40,243 nucleotides of DNA from a virus, in IMG/VR virus record IMGVR_UViG_3300045988_112416; one strand, given 5' to 3'. Position 1 is the first letter of the stretch. Every line of letters begins with the position of its first letter. The position numbers and the translations under genes were made by a program. Below, in pieces: positions 35,600-40,243 of the stretch. A model generated the notes under the pieces. That model made no database searches. It had not been told where the DNA came from and worked only from the letters and a program-made list of their open reading frames with translations.

Positions 35600-35693
35600 C
35601 GTTCCTATCTCCTTTCCTTCTTGATTTCCAAATGTCGAAAATCAACCTTCCGACAAATGTCCCAATGGCTATGCCAATGATCGTGGTCAACAT
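35580..35693 (-). CDS. Micro-ORF (37 aa), single TM
   Basis: MLTTIIGIAIGTFVGRLIFDIWKSRRKGDRNDEDKET. Its ATG overlaps the stop of the upstream micro-ORF (ATGTTGA). Confidence 0.4.
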   Translation of the reverse strand: MLTTIIGIAIGTFVGRLIFDIWKSRRKGDRNDEDKET

Positions 35694-35824
35694 CTTTTCT
35701 TTGGTTCCTCTCCATACTCTTTCTGAATTACGACAACAGGATTCGGCTTTGGCTCCAGTAGCTTTCTGATTGTCTGGAGCTCTTTTCTTATCTGTACCAG
35801 CTCTGTGTATATCTTCTTGAGCAT
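35687..35824 (-). CDS. Micro-ORF (45 aa)
   Basis: ATG 35824 lies 5-6 nt after AAGGAGGG. Translation MLKKIYTELVQIRKELQTIRKLLEPKPNPVVVIQKEYGEEPKKRC. This fits better than the Arg/Lys-rich N-terminus of the 92-aa track ORF. Confidence 0.45.
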   Translation of the reverse strand: MLKKIYTELVQIRKELQTIRKLLEPKPNPVVVIQKEYGEEPKKRC

Positions 35825-35918
35825 TTCTTCCCTCCTTTCTCCTTGTCGTCTCCATCATTCCACCCTATAATTTCCATAGGTGCATCAAGCATCAATCCAT
35901 ACGAAAGAAGGTGAAACT

Positions 35919-36152
35919 ATGAAGATTTATGCATGTCTTATTGGCAACTGGGTGTGTTTGAACGATGACCCAGATTGCAAAATAGGTAACGATGGCAAGT
36001 CTCCTGATATGTGGTATGAAGAAAACGCAGTTATCTACGCTCCTGAAAATCGCAAGCCAGATACCTATTACGAACTTGACTATGTGAAAATTCTTTACAA
36101 GGGTGTTGTCTACCGAATAAATCCTATATTTATTCAGACTGTCGAAGGTTAG
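35919..36152 (+). CDS. Small + strand ORF (77 aa) embedded in the - strand early operon
   Basis: ATG 35919 lies 6 nt after GAAGGTG. Upstream is TTGTCG (35843-35848), 17 nt, TATAAT (35866-35871). Translation MKIYACLIGNWVCLNDDPDCKIGNDGKSPDMWYEE.... Confidence 0.5.
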   Translation: MKIYACLIGNWVCLNDDPDCKIGNDGKSPDMWYEENAVIYAPENRKPDTYYELDYVKILYKGVVYRINPIFIQTVEG

Positions 36153-36330
36153 AATCACACTTAGCCAGTTCCTTAAAGACTTTGTCGGTATCCCTTAATG
36201 GTGTTGTGTTTGACATTAAGCGGATATCGGCATTGAATCTCTGATTCACTTCTCTCTCCAACTTAACCCAGTCCAAATAACTGATTCCGTCCAGTGCTTC
36301 CAGTATTTTGTTTAACTTCCCTGTTGTCAT
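36130..36330 (-). CDS. Hypothetical protein
   Basis: 66-aa ORF with an AAGGAGAGG RBS, the first gene after cro-like. Contains one GTTTAAC operator half-site at 36310-36316. Confidence 0.5.
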   Translation of the reverse strand: MTTGKLNKILEALDGISYLDWVKLEREVNQRFNADIRLMSNTTPLRDTDKVFKELAKCDSNLRQSE

Positions 36331-36350
36331 GCCTCTCCTTTCTCTTATCG

Positions 36351-36367
36351 GTTAAACTCTGTTTAAC
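36351..36367. promoter_or_regulatory. Distal operator copy GTTAAAC-TCT-GTTTAAC downstream of the cro-like gene
   Basis: Same 17-bp palindrome architecture as 36604-36620. Lies 253 bp from the main operator cluster. Confidence 0.55.
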
Positions 36368-36370
36368 TTT

Positions 36371-36577
36371 CTAAGCAAAAAAATACGCTGGATAGTCCTT
36401 TAAATCAATGTCAAGTAGTTCAGCCCACTTGTTCATCTCTTCCTGAGTAAATCCAGTTCTACAGTTCAACTTCTTTGATACAGAATTACTTGATAATCCC
36501 AATGCCTTGGCAAAATTACCCTGCGTTCCGTACTTCTCTATTATTCTTCCTCTCAGCTTGTCATACTGATATGGCAT
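36371..36577 (-). CDS. Cro-like HTH regulator
   Basis: LRGRIIEKYGTQGNFAKALGLSSNSVSKKLNCRTGFTQEE. The start is at ATG 36577 after GGAAGGAGG. Divergent from the CI-like gene. Confidence 0.7.
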   Translation of the reverse strand: MPYQYDKLRGRIIEKYGTQGNFAKALGLSSNSVSKKLNCRTGFTQEEMNKWAELLDIDLKDYPAYFFA

Positions 36578-36603
36578 TGTCGTACCTCCTTCCATTCGCA
36601 TTT

Positions 36604-36718
36604 GTTAAACCTCGTTTAACTTTAATGCTAGTTTAACCCTGTTTAACTCAGTTGTCAACCCTAAAGTTTAAAGTTTTTTAACTTTTTGTTTGATTTCGGT
36701 TAAACGTTGTTGTATAAT
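36604..36718. promoter_or_regulatory. Main genetic switch: divergent promoters with GTTAAAC/GTTTAAC operator half-sites
   Basis: Half-sites at 36604, 36614, 36631, 36641 and 36699. - strand promoter is TTGACA (36658-36653), 17 nt, TAAACT (36635-36630). + strand promoter is TTGATT (36690-36695), 17 nt, TATAAT (36713-36718). Confidence 0.7.
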
Positions 36719-36761
36719 CCAAATATAAAATATGCATATATAGATAGAGGAGGTTTAGTAT

Positions 36762-37148
36762 ATGAAATGGCCAACAACTGCTAACCGATTAAAACAAGCT
36801 ATGAATAATATAAATATGAGTGCACAAGAACTTGCAGATAGAAGTGGAGTTAGCAAAGCCTCCATAAGCCAATATGTTAATGGTAGTCATAAACCATCTA
36901 ACATATCAGCACCGAAACTTGCAAAAGTTTTAAAAGTAAATGCTATGTGGTTGATGGGATTCGACATGGATGAAGAACCAGCCAAGCCTACATATTACTT
37001 TGACGATGAAACAGCTCAGAAAGCACAAGAGATATTCGAGAACAAACAGCTCTCTCTTCTCTTCGATGCCGCAAGGGATGCAGAGCCAGAGGACTTGGAG
37101 ACAGTTCACACAATGCTCATGGCTCTCAAGAATAAAGAGAAACGATAA
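36762..37148 (+). CDS. CI-like / ImmR-like XRE repressor (no S24 peptidase domain)
   Basis: LKQAMNNINMSAQELADRSGVSKASISQYVNGSHKPS. 128 aa. Followed by an ImmA-like gene. Confidence 0.8.
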   Translation: MKWPTTANRLKQAMNNINMSAQELADRSGVSKASISQYVNGSHKPSNISAPKLAKVLKVNAMWLMGFDMDEEPAKPTYYFDDETAQKAQEIFENKQLSLLFDAARDAEPEDLETVHTMLMALKNKEKR

Positions 37149-37205
37149 TGCACATAAAACATCCCACTGATTTTGTTATTGTTTTTCTGACTACATTTGA
37201 AAGGG

Positions 37206-37442
37206 ATGATTTCTTTGGAATATATAAACGTACAGATGATGGATTTAAAATCTACCAAGATTAAAGAAACCGTGACCAGTAACGAAGATGGCTCTTATAC
37301 TATCTTCCTCAATTCACGATTCACTCAGGAACAACTCAATGACGCTTATATCCACGCTATCGGACACATAGACAGGGACGACTTCAACAAAGGCTCTGCC
37401 TATGTTGTTGAGGCTTATGCACATGGGCTAACTGAATTGTAA
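37206..37442 (+). CDS. Short ImmA/IrrE-like protein with degenerate metal site (HAIGH instead of HExxH)
   Basis: DGSYTIFLNSRFTQEQLNDAYIHAIGHIDRDDF...VVEAYAHGL matches the ImmA core, but the catalytic Glu codon is GCT (Ala). The RBS is weak and the start is uncertain (37197 TTG, 37206 ATG or 37233 ATG). Confidence 0.5.
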   Translation: MISLEYINVQMMDLKSTKIKETVTSNEDGSYTIFLNSRFTQEQLNDAYIHAIGHIDRDDFNKGSAYVVEAYAHGLTEL

Positions 37443-37544
37443 ATTGGTAAAAACGCATTATCAAGGCTGCGAAAACAAGCCTCAAATTTTAAACATTTTG
37501 TTCATTATATACAAAAAAATGTTTAATTTTCTGAACTTTTAGTA

Positions 37545-37573
37545 TTGACTTTTGATTAAAGGGCATATAATAT
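37545..37573 (+). promoter_or_regulatory. Candidate sigma-70 promoter upstream of the NYN gene
   Basis: TTGACT (37545-37550), then either TATAAT at 37566-37571 (15-nt spacer) or TAATAT at 37568-37573 (17-nt spacer). Confidence 0.4.
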
Positions 37574-37601
37574 AAATATACAATATTTATAAGTTAATTT
37601 T

Positions 37602-37657
37602 GCCCTTGGCAACGTCCTCCCACTATAAGGGATGTGACAACGCCCTGGGCTTTTTTT
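37602..37657 (+). terminator. Long imperfect hairpin with GC-clamped base plus T7 tract in the NYN leader
   Basis: GCCC (37602-37605) pairs with GGGC (37647-37650). Inner paired blocks are GGC/GCC, GTC/GAC and TCCC/GGGA. T7 tract at 37651-37657. The RBS AGGAGG follows within 10 nt. Confidence 0.5.
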
Positions 37658-37677
37658 ATACCTAAGAGGAGGATATT

Positions 37678-38394
37678 ATGGGAAAAACGAACAACTTATT
37701 GCCAGATCAAAAACATCAAATAACTACCGCCATCCTAGTTGATGGAGGGTTTTATAGAAAAAGAGCCCGCTATCTATATGGTGACAAATCACCATCAGAA
37801 AGAGCGGACGAATTGAACGAATATTGCTATAAACATCTTCGTGATAAATATGAAAATAGATATTTGTACCGCATATTCTATTATGATTGTCCACCTGCAG
37901 AGAAGAATATATATAATCCCTTGACTAATAAGAGTGAAAATTTGAAAAAATCAAGCGAATATATCTGGATGACTGATTTTCTAAATGAATTAAAACATCA
38001 TAGAAAATTTGCCCTCAGATTAGGTCGCTTATCCGATACACAACTCAACTATCATCTTAACACTGAGGCTACCAAAAAACTTCTTCAAGGCAAATTGGAA
38101 GTTGAGGATATAAGTCAGCAAGATCTTGTTCTTAATATAGAGCAAAAAGGGGTTGATATGAGAATTGGTGTGGATATATCGTCTCTTGCTTTTAAAAACC
38201 AAGTAAATCAAATTGTTCTCATTTCTGGTGATAGTGATTTTGTGCCCGCCGCCAAACAGGCTCGAAGAGAAGGCATAGACTTTATACTGGATCCAATGGG
38301 TGCACCGATAAAAGAAGATTTATTTGAACACATAGATGGAATACGCACACCTAAATTGAAAACACCAAACAAGGTCGAGGAGATAGAAAAATAA
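37678..38394 (+). CDS. NYN-domain (PIN-like, LabA/DUF88-type) putative ribonuclease
   Basis: TAILVDGGFY (first acidic motif), QKGVDMRIGVDI, and IVLISGDSDFVPAAKQARREGIDFIL follow the NYN signature D...K.VD...D...SGDSDF. RBS is AAGAGGAGG. Confidence 0.7.
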   Translation: MGKTNNLLPDQKHQITTAILVDGGFYRKRARYLYGDKSPSERADELNEYCYKHLRDKYENRYLYRIFYYDCPPAEKNIYNPLTNKSENLKKSSEYIWMTDFLNELKHHRKFALRLGRLSDTQLNYHLNTEATKKLLQGKLEVEDISQQDLVLNIEQKGVDMRIGVDISSLAFKNQVNQIVLISGDSDFVPAAKQARREGIDFILDPMGAPIKEDLFEHIDGIRTPKLKTPNKVEEIEK

Positions 38395-38440
38395 TAAGGT
38401 AAAAAAACTATAAACCGTATGCTAATGATATTTTTTATAG

Positions 38441-38555
38441 TTGAATGCGAGATAGATTTTGATTATAATAACTATATTAAGCCGCCTATAGGGCACGAAT
38501 TTTATGTAGTTATTTTTCTTAATATTTTAGACCTCGCAGAAATGCGGGGTCTTTT
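38441..38555 (+). ncRNA. Candidate roughly 80-nt sRNA unit between the NYN gene and int
   Basis: Near-consensus promoter TTGAAT (38441-38446), 17 nt, TATAAT (38464-38469). No RBS or credible ORF. Ends at the strong terminator 38530-38555. Confidence 0.4.
38530..38555 (+). terminator. Rho-independent terminator
   Basis: GACCTCGC-AGAAAT-GCGGGGTC (one G-U pair) followed by TTTT. Confidence 0.75.
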
Positions 38556-38644
38556 ACGTTGTATGAACCTATTCCAATTTGGAAATAGTTCAAAATAAAA
38601 ATCCCCCAGGTGCTGGAACACCTGAGGGAAGTTACCCACAAACC

Positions 38645-38717
38645 GAAGGCTTATGACTAACGTTTCAACAAACTACATTATATCATAAGCCTTCTCATTT
38701 TAGTAGGCTTATTTTTT
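38645..38717 (+). promoter_or_regulatory. Three-segment mutually exclusive hairpin element in the int leader
   Basis: Segment 1 GAAGGCTTATGA (38645-38656) is perfectly complementary to segment 2 TCATAAGCCTTC (38683-38694). Segment 2 also pairs with segment 3 AGGCTTAT (38705-38712), which is followed by T5. Confidence 0.45.
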
Positions 38718-38745
38718 ATGCCTATTTTTAGGAAGGATGATCTAT

Positions 38746-39996
38746 ATGAAGATACTTACAAGAAATAGGAACAAGAACAAATTCTATAAAGACGGCAGAC
38801 CCAAACCAGCAAACTGGGAATACCGCTTTGAAACAGCATCCATAGGTGGTAAGCGATACCATCACAGTGAATCTGGTTTCAATACCAAAAAGGATGCGCT
38901 TGATGCCGGTACTGCTGCCCTTGCAGAATATAACAAGTCTGGACAGATTTTTACCCCATCTGATATGTCTTTCTCTGACTATCTTGATTATTGGCTTGAT
39001 ACATACTGCAAGACAAATCTTGCCCAGAGCACATGTGACACTTATCGAAAGAGAATCAATAACCACATCCGCCCTACTCTCGGTGAATATTACTTAAAAT
39101 CAATTACACCTGCTGCACTTCAGGATCTCATAAATGAGAAATTTAACTCCGGGTATTCACGCAATACCTTGACCGATCTGAAAGGTATACTTACTGGTGC
39201 ATTTTCTTATGCTGTGGAACCATGCCGGTATATTGCTCAGAGTCCAGCTATATATATAAAGCTCCCTCAGCCAAGGGCAACCTCTGAAGATGTTCCGACA
39301 AGGAAAAAAATCCGCCGTGTTGTCACTCATGAAGAATGGAATCATATAATGGCCAGATTCCCAAAAGGGTCTACTGCTCATATACCTCTGATCCTTGGTT
39401 ATAGATGTGGTCTCCGCATCAGTGAGGCATTTGCCATCACATGGTCCGATATTGATTTTGATAAGGGTACACTATCTGTAAACCGACAGGTGCAGAAATA
39501 CGATGGTGACAAGCTATACACTATATGTAACCCCAAATACGACAGCTTCAGGACAATATCCCTTGACACAAAAACCATCGAACTCTTACAGGAAGAAAAA
39601 GATCACCAGGAGAAAGCCAAACTGTTTTATAGAGAGTTCCATCGCCAGGCAGGCGTTGATAAAGATAACCATATTGTTATGGATGATCCAAACGCTGAAC
39701 CTATGGAATTTGTTACCCAAAGAGAAAATGGGGAATATATAAAGCCAGACATAATGAAACATGTTAGCCGTGTAATCCACGGCAAGGCTACTAAGAATGG
39801 AATAGCTATATCCGAAGATTGGGATTTTCATTCACTAAGACACACACATGCAACCATACTTCTTGAAAAAGGTGTACAAATGCCTATGATACAATACAGA
39901 CTCGGACATACTGATGTTGAAATAACTGAAAGATATGTTCACCCTACAACTGCCATGAATGTTCAGGTAGAAGATATAATAAATGAGCTATATTAA
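38746..39996 (+). CDS. int: Tyrosine recombinase / phage integrase with AP2-like arm-binding N-terminal domain
   Basis: C-terminal HSLRHTHATILLEKGV...LGHTDVEITERYVH (R-H-R-Y catalytic pattern). N-terminal WEYRFETASIGGKRYHHSESGFNTKKDALDAG. The start is at ATG 38746, 8 nt after GGAAGGA. Confidence 0.9.
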   Translation: MKILTRNRNKNKFYKDGRPKPANWEYRFETASIGGKRYHHSESGFNTKKDALDAGTAALAEYNKSGQIFTPSDMSFSDYLDYWLDTYCKTNLAQSTCDTYRKRINNHIRPTLGEYYLKSITPAALQDLINEKFNSGYSRNTLTDLKGILTGAFSYAVEPCRYIAQSPAIYIKLPQPRATSEDVPTRKKIRRVVTHEEWNHIMARFPKGSTAHIPLILGYRCGLRISEAFAITWSDIDFDKGTLSVNRQVQKYDGDKLYTICNPKYDSFRTISLDTKTIELLQEEKDHQEKAKLFYREFHRQAGVDKDNHIVMDDPNAEPMEFVTQRENGEYIKPDIMKHVSRVIHGKATKNGIAISEDWDFHSLRHTHATILLEKGVQMPMIQYRLGHTDVEITERYVHPTTAMNVQVEDIINELY

Positions 39997-40015
39997 ATAT
40001 AAAAAATCCACATTT

Positions 40016-40108
40016 TTTGTCCACGTGTCCACGCAAGATTACGTGGACAAATTTTTTTACGTGGACAAAATGTGGACAAAAACACATTTTATACTGAATG
40101 TGGACAAG
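40016..40108. promoter_or_regulatory. Arm-type integrase binding site cluster, right arm (about 6 GTGGACA(A) units in both orientations)
   Basis: TTTGTCCACGTGTCCACG (inverted pair, 40016-40033), then CGTGGACAA (40042), CGTGGACAAAA (40060), TGTGGACAAA (40071) and TGTGGACAA (40099). Confidence 0.7.
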
Positions 40109-40159
40109 TTTTTGGAAAATTCTGAATTATCTCACAATTCCCCAAAGCCTTGATTTTAC

Positions 40160-40243
40160 TTAGAATTTACCAGCGTTAGCAGCTTCCTCAACAGAAACAG
40201 CTACAGCAACTGTAGCACCAACCATAGGGTTGTTACCCATTCC
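40160..40243 (-). CDS. 3' end of a host CDS entering from the right flank (partial, product not recognised)
   Basis: - strand frame ...GMGNNPMVGATVAVAVSVEEAANAGKF-stop. The last 2 codons and the TAA (40162-40160) are supplied by phage DNA. Confidence 0.5.
   Translation of the reverse strand, partial: GMGNNPMVGATVAVAVSVEEAANAGKF
40170..40243. repeat. Right copy of att core direct repeat
   Basis: Identical to 1-74. Confidence 0.9.

Larger units (their letters stand above)
1..40243. mobile_element. Complete integrated temperate siphovirus-like prophage bounded by direct repeats
   Basis: A full set of lysogeny, early, replication, packaging, head, tail and lysis modules lies between identical repeats at 1-74 and 40170-40243. 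The integrase is adjacent to the right repeat. Confidence 0.9.

Noticed and set aside
35580-35858. 92-aa track ORF taken as a single gene
   Set aside because: The N-terminal 55 aa are an Arg/Lys-rich frame without an RBS. An alternative frame with a strong AAGGAGGG RBS encodes a 45-aa peptide that ends in a stop-start overlap with the C-terminal 37-aa membrane peptide.
35892-36158. 88-aa - strand ORF (GTG start), hydrophobic, overlapping the + strand 77-aa ORF
   Set aside because: Its hydrophobicity is what the antisense of an Asp/Glu/Lys/Asn-rich frame would produce. The + strand ORF has a better RBS and a -35/-10 pair. This remains an unresolved alternative, so the + ORF is given only 0.5 confidence.
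37443-37677. Tandem repeats expected for a type III (ToxI-like) RNA antitoxin upstream of the NYN gene
   Set aside because: No tandem repeat is visible in the leader. Only the promoter-hairpin-terminator geometry resembles type III systems, so the TA idea is kept as a low-confidence hypothesis only.
38419-38598. 59-aa + strand ORF in the NYN-int spacer
   Set aside because: It has no RBS, starts upstream of the predicted promoter, and runs through a terminator stem. Its composition is that of an AT-rich random frame.
38728-39066. 112-aa - strand ORF antisense to the integrase 5' end
   Set aside because: It is a shadow ORF of int with no RBS or motif.
1-40243. CRISPR arrays, tRNA/tmRNA or rRNA genes, transposase or IS elements
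   Set aside because: I found no regularly spaced repeat-spacer array, no cloverleaf-compatible segment in the intergenic gaps, and no transposase-like ORF. A tRNAscan or Infernal run would be needed to exclude small RNAs formally.

Overview
The window is one complete, integrated, roughly 40-kb temperate siphovirus-like prophage (long tape-measure gene, no sheath gene). Its gene content looks like a low-GC Firmicute (Clostridia) phage. It is bounded by a perfect direct repeat of at least 74 bp (1-74 = 40170-40243). That repeat is the 3' part of a host CDS read on the - strand. GTGGACAA arm-type repeats lie just inside both ends. Almost all genes are on the - strand. From right to left the order is: Cro-like switch, early and recombination genes (YqaJ exonuclease, DUF1351, RecT, DUF1064), replication (organizer with internal iterons, SNF2-helicase/DNA-methyltransferase fusion), a second immunity-like region (XRE, operators, small ORF, Bro-N/KilAC antirepressor), small Zn-ribbon, Lar and ASCH genes, a DUF1492-type late regulator, ParB-DUF4417, a JAB-like protein, TerS/TerL, portal, SPP1-gp7-like minor head protein, a DUF2829 (Tad2-like) gene, scaffold, capsid, connectors, major tail, chaperone pair, tape measure, tail tip and fibres (one collagen-like), holin, and a GH25/Cpl-7 endolysin. 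The + strand carries the CI-like repressor, a degenerate ImmA-like gene, an AT-rich stand-alone NYN-nuclease gene, the tyrosine integrase, one XRE gene and two small genes embedded in the early operon. The most unusual locus is the NYN gene (37443-38736). It is flanked by two promoter-hairpin-T-tract units that have no ORF. Other notable points: a P22 immI-like secondary switch with a candidate antisense RNA, a Tad2-like gene bracketed by terminators, a tail-chaperone pair that needs a +1 rather than -1 frameshift, a 31-codon remnant of a C5-methyltransferase gene, and intrinsic terminators sitting directly on the RBS of late genes. All functional calls rest on motif recognition by eye. No database search was run.
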